Of a stretch of DNA of 64,000 bases, positions 25,236 through 38,495 are shown piece after piece. How positions within the stretch are numbered: the first letter of the stretch is position 1; every line of letters begins with the position of its first letter. Below the pieces are notes generated by a model, which searched no databases, had not been told where the DNA came from, and was given only the letters and a program-made list of their open reading frames with translations. Source of the DNA: Lama glama. Lineage: Eukaryota. Position numbers and translations under genes: made by a program. The DNA is taken from the NCBI GenBank assembly GCA_028534125.1, contig CM052816.1, positions 44,580,001 to 44,644,000 of the forward strand, in the 5' to 3' direction.

Positions 25236-26024
25236 AATTTGTTGACCCTTTCATCACTTCTAAGTCAGCATGGCCTGGAGAAATACAGACCATAATATGT
25301 CAGCACATTACGGACATAAATGAAGATGACAGATGCATGCTAATAAAACACAAGCTCCAATCAAGAATAAGCATCAAACAAAAGTGGGGTGACCTCCTTG
25401 AAAATTCTGGAATACAGATGCTTAAGGGTCATAACTTTCGGTGAAAGGGCAAGCACACTGAGGCAGTGAGGCCAGCAGAAAGAAAGGAGACAGTGCAACA
25501 CTAACGGAAAAACAATAGTATTGGAACATCCACCTTCCCATCCCTGTTCCTTCAGAAAGAACTGGTTCTGTCTACTACCCAGAAGAGGATAGTTCCATAT
25601 ATTACACAACAATAACGTTTCTCAAGCCTTAGCTGATTGGACCTGAAACAGGCAAATGAGCTAGAAAAAGCTAGTCCATTGGCCAACTCAAGTGAGTAGT
25701 CAATTATTTTTCTCAACTCGGGAATTTGGATTATGAATTTGAGACTATGAGAAAGTTAAGGTTAAACTACATTAATGTTAGATTGGACACTATATTGAAG
25801 GTCCAGGAACTCCTGCTATTTACAGCATAGATACATCCTGGTTCTATCTCTGAGCTTTCTCTTAAATCCATATATCCAATAACATTTCATGATATTCTTG
25901 ACTTAAAACGAGTACACAAAATACTTAGTACCTTCCTTTTATCATCGATAGTTCTTTTTAACCACATCTCGACAAAGACTTTGAGTACTACGATTGTATC
26001 ATAAGAAATAGGTATGTCTTTGTT

Positions 26025-26140
26025 TTATCTTTTTTACCTTTTCATTAGGAAAATGTTAAAACAATACTTACAAAAGTAGAGAAAATAAATAAATGAACTG
26101 CCATGTTCCCATCATTCAGCTTCCATAATGATCAACATCT
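26025..26140 (-). mobile_element. L1ME-like 3' end fragment
   Basis: ttttcattaggaaaatgttaaaac...caaaagtagagaaaata...atgaactgccatgttcccatcattcagcttc. Confidence 0.6.
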
Positions 26141-26844
26141 TAGGTAGCGATTTTTGATTAACTTTAAAAATACATTCTGTACAAACTTGAAGTGTCTGGG
26201 GGTCAATTTACGATCAATTAGTGGGATAGCCTTTAAAAATCTGACTTTTTAAACGGAATTTTTCAATATTGCTTTGCTAGCAAAGTTATATTTGCACACA
26301 TCTAATAACAAACAAAACATGATTCAGCACTTTTAGGCAGCTTACTATATTGTAAGTAAAATATAATGTGTTTGGTAATGTAAACTGATACATTTTTATT
26401 TTATTTCATTCAATTAATAGTTAAAACAAGCTACTGTATACTCAGAGGGTGTTTATTAAATACCTTGATCATCACCTTCCACATTTATAAGAGGCTATTA
26501 TTTGCAATGTATTTTCTGACTTCAAATGCTTTATAGTAAATTTTATGAAGTTTTTATTTTGTATCATCTACATCTATATGGGGCCCTAAGCACTTTTCAG
26601 GGTTGGAGAGGATAAAAGTATATAATGAACAACATTATTATTGCTAAAATATAGAGTGGCTTTTTAATTCCCAAGAACCAGAAGTAAATCTCTCTATTGT
26701 TCTACACATTTGCCCAGCAACCCTCTGGAATCAAGTGTACAGCAATTTTGCAATCTTACATTTATGCCCATGCCATTGCATACATTTGGGGAAAGGTACT
26801 AAGAAGCCTATCAAGAAATAAAGACATTAAGGATACTAAGAAAG

Positions 26845-26970
26845 CCTGGGTTCCATTCCAGGATCTACCAAAATAGCTGGTGACCTTGACAAGTCATTTG
26901 GCCTCTCGGGATCAGTTCCCTTACATTTGAAGTGTGCAATTTAGACTACATGACATTTGATTTTCTTTCC
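26845..26970 (+). mobile_element. MIR fragment
   Basis: cctgggttccattccaggatctacca...agctggtgaccttgacaagtcatttggcctctc. Confidence 0.75.
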
Positions 26971-27519
26971 GTTTTCAAATTTGATGTCTAAATACCCTTT
27001 TCACAATGAACAAATAGACTTTTTTCTTTGTTAAATGCCACATTCAAAGTTAAAGGGAATCTTTCCTTTTTGTCAATGATTACCACTCATAGCTTAGAAA
27101 ACTTAAGCTTCAAAATGATCATTTGTAGTATATGTACTTAAGAAATTGATGCTCTAGTTATTTAAATATTTGGATTTGGGTAAGATTTTCTCTTCACTCT
27201 TGAGATGCTTTGCCTTGCAAAATTATAAGATCTCAGAAGAAAACAGAAAACTATTACATAACTATTACCTCTTGCTTTAGAATTTTACTTAAAAAAAGAG
27301 ACTGAGTGTCTTAGATTACTTCAAAAACAAGGGTCTAGAGTTAAAATAATTATTCCATGCAGGCAATAAGTAAAGAAGAGCTGTAATTTTTTTTTAAAAA
27401 GTTCAGGTAACCCTATTTATCTTAACATTTCCTTAAACTTCATAAATTTAACAGGAAAAGTCTTAGCCTTTATAGAAATTTTATTGTTAAGTAAGAAACC
27501 TTAAAAATGTCAAATCTGA

Positions 27520-28005
27520 TCTCCAGTGAGAAGGAGATGAATGTCTAGATATGTACTGTGCAATGTGGTTAGACTAGCCCCCTGGGATGATCGAGACCTT
27601 GAAATGTGGTTAGCGCCACTAAGGAACTCAGTTTTTAAATTTAAATTCAATTTAAATTAAAAATTAAATTAAAAAAATCTTTAAGTATTTGTGAAACAAC
27701 TTTTAGCTGTGAAACTTACTTTTCGAGTTGTAAATTTTATGAAGTCAAAATATTAATTATTTCTGATTAAAATTTAGTGCCTTAATTGAGATGTAGAAAG
27801 TGTAAAACACATGAAAGAAAAAAAAACTGTAAAATATATCACTTTAAAAAATTGACTACATGTTGTAATTATATTTTGGATAGTCTGGTTTAAAATAGAT
27901 TATCAAAATTAATTTTATCTAGTCCTTTCTTGGCTTTAAACATGATTACTAGAAAACTTTAAATTTCTTACATGACCCAATCTATATGTCTACTAGACAG
28001 TGCTG
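27520..28005. mobile_element. MER33/Charlie1-like hAT DNA transposon deletion derivative
   Basis: cttgaaatgtggttagcgccactaaggaact; aaaatttagtgccttaattgagatgt; attgactacatgttg; terminal tagacagtgctg. Confidence 0.8.
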
Positions 28006-30561
28006 ATCTGAAACCCTGGTTTATTTGAAGGGAATATATTCTAAGCAGCAGCAATTCTTGCTAAATTTACTCATATAACTTTCAATTCTGGGAGTGACTG
28101 AACAAAAAATAAAGCAGAGCACCTGAGCTTATATGAAATTATTTCTGTTCATCAGAAAAACTAACTAGAAGTATTTGAGGTTTTTATTTCTATTTCTAGG
28201 GAATAAATTTAGAATCACTGGCTGAATTTTTTAAAAATATATCCAGAATTTTAGAATTGGAAAAGACTATCCCAAGTATTAACTTTACACAGAACAAAGT
28301 GTACTTCATCTTGTATTTCCAAAGTCATTTAGAAAGTTTATGGTCAAATAGGAAGTAAAATTTCTAATTTTTAACCTATTTTGCCTAAGTTTGACTATGT
28401 ATAAGAGAATTAAGTATTTAAAGAATAATTTCAAGAAAAAAACTATCCAGCAAAGCTCATCAAAAATGTTTGTCTTAAGATTCTCTGAAAGTCCTTTCTG
28501 TACATAAATGGTCAAAACAGCACTTTATTTTAAAAAGAAACATCTTTTTTCCAAAGATGGTTTACTTCTTTTGTGATTAATCAGTGTTCTTTCCCACTGT
28601 TCTCAAGTGTTTTTGAAAGCTGTATCTCTAGACTATAAGAGCCAATATTTAATATGACTATTCATTGGAATATGAGAGGCCTACAAAGGGTTAAGATTAG
28701 GAACAAACTTAAGGCCAAACTGAATTTAAAAAGTTGCTAATGTCAAATACCAGGTCTCCTGGGGAAACAACATACAGGCTGCACCATTGACTTGCCAATT
28801 AATCCAAGGAGCTGCATGGCCATTAGTTCAGGAAAGAGACGCTTGCTTGCCCACTTGCCTAGAGGTAAGAGCTAGGTTTGCAGCTGCCAAGCAGCAGGAT
28901 GACAGAAATAAATGGGGGGAAAAATTAGGACTAAGAATTGAAGTATTTCATTGTCTTGTCTCAGCTTCAAAGGAAGACCTCAATGTCAAACAAACTGTGG
29001 GATCTTGTGTAATACACAGAGTATCTGTTTATGAACAAAGTCTTCAAAATATAATTTTCTAAGTATCTTTAAAAGAGCATCTAAGTAGGTTCATTTTATT
29101 AATTCTTGCAAAATTCTTAAAAAACAAACAAATTTATCTGAAAGTTAGGCCCCCATCACTTTACAGAACTACAAATAGGTTTTATATAGTAAACATGTCA
29201 TATCTGAATCAAAGATGCCAAATTCAGCAAAGAAGTTATTTAAACTCTGTGGGTTTATTATTTGTACATTGGTATCTTCTTCATTTTTGTCATACTTGCC
29301 TATTTTCTTAATAACACACGAAGTTCAGTGTTCAGGATTCTTTTAATTGCCACATGATTAACTTTTCCATGGGAATTTTCAAATATGAAATGATGCAGTG
29401 AACATTATTGTATTTGATCCTGACACTGGGAAATTGCTAGCAGCACACACCTATTCTGAAATTAATTAAGAGCATGCTGGATATGCTCTTTGAGGAAGTA
29501 TTTCATGGTAATTCATAGGGAAAAAAATTCAACTGAAGGCATCAAACTAAATAGTTGAAATCTCAACTCCATTGTTTTAAATCTACCTCAGTAAAATCAC
29601 AAGAGTGTTGGGTCATGAAACGCAACTAATGAGGCCATTTAAATTATGCTTAGAAATGTATTTGTAGCTTTCTCCCACCAGCAGTTGCAGAAATATCACT
29701 GTATAATTAACATCTTATATTTAATACCTAAAACATTTTCTGTCTGTCAGAGATGTATTGCCTTATTCTACTTTATCTTCTGTTTTAAATGCAGCCTGGT
29801 TCGTGGAGAAATAAGCAGTAGATGTAACGCAGGCCTCACAGAATCTAGTTGGGTACCACTTTGTCCCGTGACACCCTCTTTGCACTGAATCAGAACAAAA
29901 AGAGTCTCGGGCAGTCGACAGCTTCATCACTGCTTCCAAGTTCAGGTTGGCTGGGCTCCCAAGTCTCTTGGGGTGTGTTGGCTGCCAAAGCAAATTAGTC
30001 TCACTTTATCTTTGGGGCAGTGACTTTGCTAACATATTGGCTGTGTGGGGCCTTGGCATTCCAACATAAGCAGGTGACAAATTTTTTAAGAAAGTATAGT
30101 TAAGGTATCGATCCCCTTCCTACCCCAAAATGGTGCAGCTGAAAGAATAATCAGAAAATATGAGAGAAGAAGAATCCAGTTAGAAAACATGAAAGAAGTC
30201 AGGGCTTAAATGATCGTTAAAAGTAGCCAAAAGAGTAGGACAGCATCACTGTAAGATGTGTAACATTGACTCCAGGCCTAAATTTACCACCTGGAAAATA
30301 TTAATGCCACTGACAAAGCGAATGAAACAACAGATTACCTCCAATACATACAATTATTATATATTTTTAAAAGATGGCAGAAGGAGGAGAACAGAATGGA
30401 AGAAGCAATCGAATGTGGGAAACAGAAAAACTGAACAGGCTTGAAGAAGTCAAATGAAAAGTTTACGTGATAGTAACAGAAACATCCTGCCCAAATTAAA
30501 ATGTTTTAGATAAGCTTCCAGTCCATGTCTTTGGTCTTCCAAGTTAATGAGAAAATTAGAG

Positions 30562-30589
<28 letters not shown>
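30562..30589. repeat. (GT)n microsatellite
   Basis: Uninterrupted GT dinucleotide run. Confidence 0.95.
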
Positions 30590-30592
<3 letters not shown>

Positions 30593-30869
30593 CACTTGTA
30601 ATAAGTAAAGAGAACTCTTTGTTTACTTCAAATATGAAGTTTCTGGGAAATAGATGGTGAAAAAACATACACTTTTAAAATGGTATCTCAAGTTGTGCTG
30701 AACCCTGAAATAATGAACTCTGGACACCTTTTCTCCCTGTTAGCAACGTTCCCTATAAATCTGGGGCAAAAGCTCAGGTAGCCCGAACATCAGATAATCT
30801 TCTTTGGTAGGTCTGTGATGGGGCTGGGATAATTTCCTTTCTAACAACACACACGTCTCTACAAGTAAG

Positions 30870-30970
30870 AAAAGATACTTTCTCTTGTACCACTGTAGCC
30901 CTAGAACATTAAACAGCACTTGGCACATGATAATGCCTACCAAAAGAGTTCGTGAATGAATGAGTGAAAA
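30870..30970 (+). mobile_element. L2 3' terminal fragment
   Basis: cactgtagccctagaac...acagcacttggcacatgataatg...gtgaatgaatgagtgaa. Confidence 0.8.
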
Positions 30971-33229
30971 CATTAATAATGATTGACTAAGTGAATGAAG
31001 TACACATGATTTTGATGCAAACTGTCCAAGGACCAAGCTTTGAAAAACAGTGATCTGACATCTTCGTTCTTTTTCTTTAATTTGGGGGAATAATGAAACA
31101 TAATATTTATTGCCATAACAGACTATATAGGAGGTATGATTTGCCATCTGTGGCATCTAGCTGACTGAGATACTCTGGGTACTACTACAGGTGTCAAAAG
31201 TAATTGGATGCTATAGCAATTCTTTCTGTAAAGACTTCCTTCTTCAGTGATGAAATTTTTTTCTTTCACTTGGTAACTTAGACCTTAGTGCTAAAGTTAA
31301 TTGGATAGAGTATAAGCTTACCTAACTCCATAATGACTCCTCACCGTCAATCTTTTCATCTCCATAGTTATCATCATGTATTCTCTGAACTCCATGCCTA
31401 TGTCGATGAGCAAAAATAAATAAATAAATTTAGTGGAGGAACCCAGCACTGATATGACAAGTTAATAGCACGCTTACTTATATGACATGTTCATGGTCAC
31501 TGATCTCAAATATCTCTTTCCACTCTCAGTGAAAGATTAGGAAATGAATAGTTAAGCAACAGCAGGACTCCTGGAAAGGACTCCAGAAGCTCTGAACATG
31601 AGGACTTAATATTGTGTCAGGCCCCCTTTATGATTTAAGATACAGAGGAGAGCAAAGATTAAGGGCCATTTCAAACTTGTGGTTAGACTAATTCTCAGTT
31701 GAGACAAACTTCAATAACACTGAACACAAAATGGACTCCCAGTACAAACAATATTGCTCTAGGAAGTATTTTAAGTGCAAAAGCAAGGCTTATGCAAAAG
31801 TGACAACAGCAAAGAAAAACCAGGTGATTTTCTATCTGTTGTAAATTTTTGACAGAAGGCCGGAAGGTAACATGTCAAAAGCAAACCCAGGCTCATCATT
31901 ACTTTATGAGTGATGACTCCATTTGTCTTAGTATTCTATTGTCTCAGTGGTCTCCAATGCATACTATTTTAAAAGTACTCTTGTCCATTTTTTTCCTATT
32001 CTTTAGGGCATGCATGTATAGATTGAAATATAAAAAGAGGAAAGTAGAATAGCAACAGAGATTCAGAAATATGTTGGTTTAGAAACAAAATTAGTGGCTA
32101 ATCTCCACCACTAAAGATTGGATAACTCTCAGAAAGTCTTTTGGCCTGTATTTTATTGCTTTCTGTTGAATGACCATGCTCATTCTTCACTGTGTGTGCA
32201 TTTACTTTACCTGGTAGAGCAATCCTTGTTCAATATTCATACTGCAAATAACAAAACAGAAGCACTTTCAGTAGAAAATGACTGTGGTGTGTAAAAAGCC
32301 AGTCCTCCAGTCAAAGTATAGTTGTAAGACTAGAAGCATTCTCCTTGATTTAAAATTTGAACAATACCGACAGTGTAAGTAGTGATGGTTGTGTGCTTCA
32401 GATGGGAGAGGACTAAAATAGTTTCAACTCACAACAATTATGAAACACTAAGTGAAGAATATACCAATGTATACTTCCCACTAAAGGACTTAGATCTTTG
32501 TAATACTGTACTCATATTCTGTGTTTTCAGGTTCATGCTTAACTGGTCAACATGAGAATGGATTTCGTTGGTTCCTGACAGTTCCATCTATCTTATCCTT
32601 TCACTCTTTCATTCTTAAGACATTGTTTCTTAGATAATGCGTAATTAAACTACTTCCCTTATGCTTTCAACTGCTTATTTCTACTACCTATAAAAGTAAA
32701 ATTCATTTAGCATAAATATTTGCATTTCTTTAAAATCTATTTGAGCCTCTGAGTTCTTAGATTTAAGAAAATTAGTCATTTCATAAAAACAATTAAGATC
32801 ATAGTGGCATTTATTTAAAGGAAATGTGAAGTCACTACAAGTTTAGAGACTGATGCTATAACTGAGTAGGAATACTACAGAAGCAACACAGACCAGAAAC
32901 TGACTAGACTTGTTTATATAATAATACTTTTTAAAGTAAGGGGTGTTCAAATGAAAAAGATTGCCAAAAATTAGATAACAGATATTGAGAGATATTAATA
33001 TTGAGAGATATTGAACTGATAGTAGCAAGGGTTGGTGACTGAGAGGATCAATGGGGAAACATAATAGAAAAAACAATAGTAATTATTTAATTTCTGTTTC
33101 CTTGGGATAATGGTAGCATCAATAACAAAAATGACGAAATTAAGGGAAAGGAATAATTTGATTTTTTTTAATGATTTTGTTTAGAACATGTGAAATTTGA
33201 GCTACTTCTGGAGAAATCATACAAAAATA

Positions 33230-34438
33230 TCTTCATCTCAGACCCTTTTACTCAAGGTACCAAGTACCTTTTTGATATTTCTTCTTGAGTGTCCTAGAAT
33301 TAAAAGGTAACTCAACATGAGCAAAACCTTATGCATGTTCTCCTCTTGGTTCTCTCCTATTGTTTTAATTCAGAGATGGCAAGGCAGAAAGAGGGTTGCC
33401 AGATTTAGCAAATAAATTTGGAGTTCAGATAAACAACAAACAATTTCTTTATATATACACACACACACATATATACACATACATACATACATACATATAT
33501 ATGCATTTAGATATACACACATACATGTATTCCCAAATATTGCATGGGACATACTTATATATACTAAAAAACTCATTGTTTATCTGAAATTCAAATTTAA
33601 CTGGACTGTATTTATTCTGGTATCCCTATTCAGAAGTCAGGATTTTATCATTGAACCTTCTTTCACTTTCTCTCACTGCCCATTCCACATCAATCCATCA
33701 CCTAGTCCTGATGGTTTTGCCTCCTAAGTACCTTTTGAATCACCCACCAAGTTCCCCCTTTGGTACCACCATACAGCAAACTAAGCCACCATGATCCTTC
33801 AGCTAGGTCACATCCGTAAGTTTCTTCATTCTACTCCTCTAACTCTCTGGCCTCCCTCAAGTATTTTCTCCAAACTGCATCTTGCGTCATATTTTCAAAA
33901 TGAACATCTGTCATACCACACAACTCCCTTGGACTGCTTGAAAACTGGCTCTCAGGATAATAAAAATGCACTGTCACAGCTTACAAAGGCCGGTAAGATC
34001 CAGCCTCTCCTGACTAGCCTCATCTCACATGTGCTCCAACAACACTGGCCTTTTTGAGAGACAAACAAGGACATTTCTACAAAGGCCTTTAAACCTGATT
34101 TCTTCCCATGGTCTGGAACACTCACATGTCTCCTCACCTAGTTAATGTCTACTATCAGGCTTCATGTGTCTTTAAACATCAGTTTAAGCATCACTTCTAA
34201 CAGCAGCTTTCCCTAGATCAGATCTTATTACATGTTCTCAGAGCAGTCCCATTCATAATCTTCACACAGATTTAATTTTACCTTGATTATTTGAGATTAT
34301 TTGAATTTTCATTTTCTTGCAAGAATTGAGGCACCATGATGGCAATGACCTGTTGGATTTTCCTCACATTTGTATCTTCAGAATAAACCTGGTGCGGGAC
34401 ACACAGTCACCACTGAATAAATACGGGTTGACTGAACG
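33230..34438 (+). mobile_element. L2 LINE 3' region, interrupted by MER53
   Basis: ccacatcaatccatcacctagtcctg; tcataccacacaactcccttggactgcttgaaaac; 3' end ctgaataaatacgggttgactgaa. Confidence 0.75.
33392..33627. mobile_element. MER53-like palindromic hAT MITE with internal microsatellite
   Basis: Terminal inverted repeats agggttgccaga / tctggtatccct; internal arms ttcagataaacaa / ttgtttatctgaa; centre tcccaaatattgcatgggacatacttat. Confidence 0.88.
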
Positions 34439-34599
34439 ATATTCAGTAGACATCTGGAAAAAAGGAATTCACATTGGTAAGGTGGGCTGGGGAGAAATTT
34501 GAAATGATTTATTCCATAAAAACTTTATAAGATTTGACTAGAGATAGTCATAAAAGGAGGAAAAGTTGATCATTTAATCATGAAGACTATTTCTATTCA

Positions 34600-34850
34600 G
34601 GAATCAGGTGAATGGTTCAGGACTATGAAGGAAAGACAGAAAAGGGAATAATCAGACTAAGGAAGCAAAAGTGTGAAGTAGGGGTGGATCAGCATTTTCA
34701 AACACTGCAGAGAGGAAAAAGGGAAAAGAACTGGTACTTAATGTATCAGTTAGGAGGTTAGTGGTGATCTTGAATAAGAATTTTTTTAATGATGGAATAA
34801 AAAGCCAACTGCAAAACAGTAAAGAATAGAAGACAGCCATATGGACAATG
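34600..34850 (-). mobile_element. L2 fragment
   Basis: ggtggatcagcattttcaaacactgcagagagg...ggaggttagtggtgatcttga...aagccaactgca. Confidence 0.6.
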
Positions 34851-37800
34851 TGGGTAAGCCCTATTTTTGAAGAAAATACCCCAAATTTTTCATGTTGCTG
34901 AAATTGATTCCACTTAGAATTTTAAAAGAAAACAAATTCATGTCCTATATAAAACCCGCACACATGATTCTCTATAACAGTGTTAGGTCTGGAAATAAGA
35001 AATTATTTCTAATTACAAGAGTTTCCAAACACTTGGGAAAAGCGGAAAAACTGAACACTTATTCAGTACATTCTGCGTGTACAGGTTAAAACACAGGCAG
35101 TTTTCTGTAGGAAAGAAATATCTGTCAGCAGTCAGTATACAACAAAAGTACAAGCCCACTCACAGTCCACTCAATGAAACCTGTTTCTTTTTAATGAGAA
35201 AAATGTTCTCCAACTGTTACACAATTATAACAAAGGGTATCGGATAAAAGAAAACTTTCATTAAAATAGGTCCCAAATCCTTATAAAATAGTGATACACT
35301 TTAAGACGAAAGTTTCTCAATCACTTAAAAAGCATAATACAAGCAAAACATGCAGAACCATTTTTGTGTACCTGACCTGGAGTTTATGTGTTTTCATAGG
35401 TGCTAATATTGAGCTAAATATAGGCCCATTCATGAACTTCATGCTGTTATATGAACTATAATGTTATAACTCATTACAATTTTTGAAGGATGATGCTGTT
35501 CTTCAGTTTCTTTCCCAAGTTTTTCATGAACCATTATTTTCCTTTTGCTGCTTCACTTAATGCAATATATAACATTTAAGCAAGATAGACTAAAGTTGGG
35601 GGAAAAATTTAAATAAAAACAAAATTCACGAGTGATCATGTGTCAGACACACTCTGCAGTCTTGAGACTGCTTTCCTCTCCCAAATCTTACTAAAATTTC
35701 TTTGAGATTAAAAGTCAGAGCCTTTTTGTGCCTTGATAGTTTTCAGCTGCTATTCAATGCAACTGCTGGAATATTTAAGTAAGAGGGCCCTGGAAAAGAC
35801 AGCGCAGACTCTCTTGTCAAGGGACCCACCCCTCACTAAAGCCAAATGGCTTTAAATGTCGAGGGTGGGAAGGCTGTGGACACTGTAGGAAAAAAATGTT
35901 CACTTTGGAATAGAGTGTCAAGTCTCCCTCAAACTGAACTAGAAATGAAAATTCAGCACTGCACCATTTTTACCCCCTTAGATATTGTTATGTGAATGAA
36001 GAATTATTGCAGAGAAAAGCATCTTTACTTTTACTGCTGTTGCCAGATGCCTTCCGTGAGTAAATATATCTTTCATTATACCACTGCATGTTGGCGTTTT
36101 AAGACGTGCTTTTTTAAAAAACTGTCTTATGCCTTGAAAGTACATAATAACCATGTTAAACAAGTTTATTTTTCCAAGAAATGGTGCATTTTCTAAGTGT
36201 TATCTACTGTAATCTTTTTGCATTTAACATGAATTGAACAGACAATCTCCTTCAGATGAACTTTCTGGTGACAAACTTTGAAATTGACAGATTAAAGCTG
36301 ATTTGGGGTTGTCAAAATACAGTATAGCTATCTGCACAAAATATGCATAAAATTTTACAGATGGTGGACTGCTGGTTTACACGGCAGCTATGCTAGTATA
36401 CCCACTGCCGGTTAAATTAATAGTGTCACAATCTATCTTCCATGGCAGGTGTAAATGACTTTTAGCACATCAATAACTAGTTTACAATGATGTCCCTTCA
36501 GTACTTATGGTTTACCATTGATTTTGCGCTTTGTTCAAAATAGCACACATATAATCACCATATTTTGTTGTCAGGTGAATTTTAAAATAAACCAAATATT
36601 TATAGACTTGAGGAAAATCTATTTAAAAAACAGACCGAGTCAATTATCAAATTATCTGCTAATTACTCCACATAACAATAGGGATTCCAAGTTTATAACT
36701 TCTCATCTAACATAGATTAGCATTGAAAGTGAACATTCACGAAGACTATGATATATAAATGAATCCATGTAAAAAATCTTTTTGAAATAGCTGCTATTAT
36801 AATGTGGACAGTTCAATGATCTGGAAGGTATTCTATGATGAATATTAAATTAACTGAACAACTCCTCATGGCTTAACTAATCTTTAGTAAAGGCTACTGA
36901 TTTCATGATCACCATCAACATCACCATTATTATTCATAATAACACCTTAAATTTGTATAGCACTTTACAATCTGAAAAGCACTTTTACATGTAAAGTAAT
37001 CCCTCTCCAATTTTAGTTCCCATTATGTGAGTTTCAAATATATGCAAATTTATTTCTATATTTTTTTTTTGCAACTGCTATAATATCAGTTCCTCTCACT
37101 TCTACTGAAGATCATTTTGAATAAGGAAACTGGGTGTTGGGAACCTCTGAAGCAAGTTAAAGTGGGTTGTCTAGAAATAGAGATTCTTACAATAGAATCT
37201 TTGAGAAGATAAAGAAAGAAAAGGGAAGGAGATTCAAATCAGAAAACCACAATAGATGAGAAAAGGAATGGATGGAAGAGGGCTGATGACAAGTGCTTTG
37301 GCAGAAAGCTATTCTGGGGTGACATTTCTAAGAATATGTAACCTAGGATACAAGAAGGCAGTTTGTGAAATACCTCCTCAGTGATATTAAGGAGATCATA
37401 TAAAGTGAAATCAACAGTTTTTTTGGCTCTAAGCATCCAAGTTACTCTATGTCTTATGCTTTCAAAAATAGAAGTTGAGAATCAACAAATCATAATCACA
37501 AAAAACACATAAATATTACCTATTTGTTGGAAGGCACAGAAACAGTAGAGAAAAGAAAAGAGCTCCCCAATGTATTTATTATGTGAAAAACTAAAAACTA
37601 AATATGAGCATCTCCTTTAAACTGCAGAGGAAAGAACTTGAGAAGTTTACATTAAGTATAAGGTGATAAATGAAAATGGTATAGTACCCATTATTCCTAC
37701 TTTAAAATGTATAAGCTGTCATTGATACTTTTATATTGATATCTTAATCTAATGTTCCAGCTTTATGTTTGTTTCTGTGATATTTGATTAAATCTGTAAC

Positions 37801-38039
37801 ACCAAACACAATCCTATTTTACATTCCGTTTCAATTGTTAATTTAAAACTATTGAGAAAAGTTTGTTGAGATTTACATCTATTTTTCAGCATAAAATTTA
37901 GTTCCTCATGATTTTCTCTATGGTTTTCAAACTGTAAATCAAAAGAAGCTAAAGTAAAAATAAGCAATGAAACTAGGAAGGCTACATTCAAATTTGATCT
38001 TCAATTGGTAGGAATTCTCATATTCTGATCAATAATGCT

Positions 38040-38495
38040 GTGTAAACTCTTGCATGAGTGGCCCCTGATGAAACATACCTCCAGATAGTCATACCTTTGT
38101 GTGGTATCCTCCTATGTTGTGACTAGGTATGGTCATGTGACTTGCTTTGGCCAATGGAACATTAGTAAGCATGAAGCAAGCAGGGGCTTATTAAAACATT
38201 GGAATATGTATTGTTGGAACATGTATTCTTGGAACCTGGAAATCGCCATTCTGTGTGGTAGCCCAAACTGGACACGTGGAGTGGCTATATGAAGTAGAGC
38301 CTAGAAACAGAGTCCATATTCACAACCAACAGCCTGTACATATTGTCCCACTCAAGCTGTCCCACTATGCCTCAGTTTTCCACGTGATCCCAGCTGAAGA
38401 TCCTAACTTCTGTGTGAGCAAATAAAATACTGTTTGTTTTAAATGGTTTTTTTAAACACTGAGTTTTAGAGCAATTTATCAGGCAGCCATAGAGA
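38040..38495 (+). mobile_element. MLT1 (MLT1E/F/G-like) MaLR LTR
   Basis: ggtcatgtgacttgctttggccaatggaaca; aataaaa...tgttttaa...cactgagttttagagcaattt...gcagccataga. Confidence 0.8.

Noticed and set aside
25930..26016. CpG-containing patch with a plus-strand donor AG|GTATGT, considered as a coding exon
   Set aside because: All three plus frames hit stops after the nearest acceptor, and the minus strand lacks a convincing acceptor/donor pair.
38199..38234. 15-bp tandem repeat ttggaa(t/c)atgtatt
   Set aside because: Trivial slippage duplication inside an MLT1 LTR.
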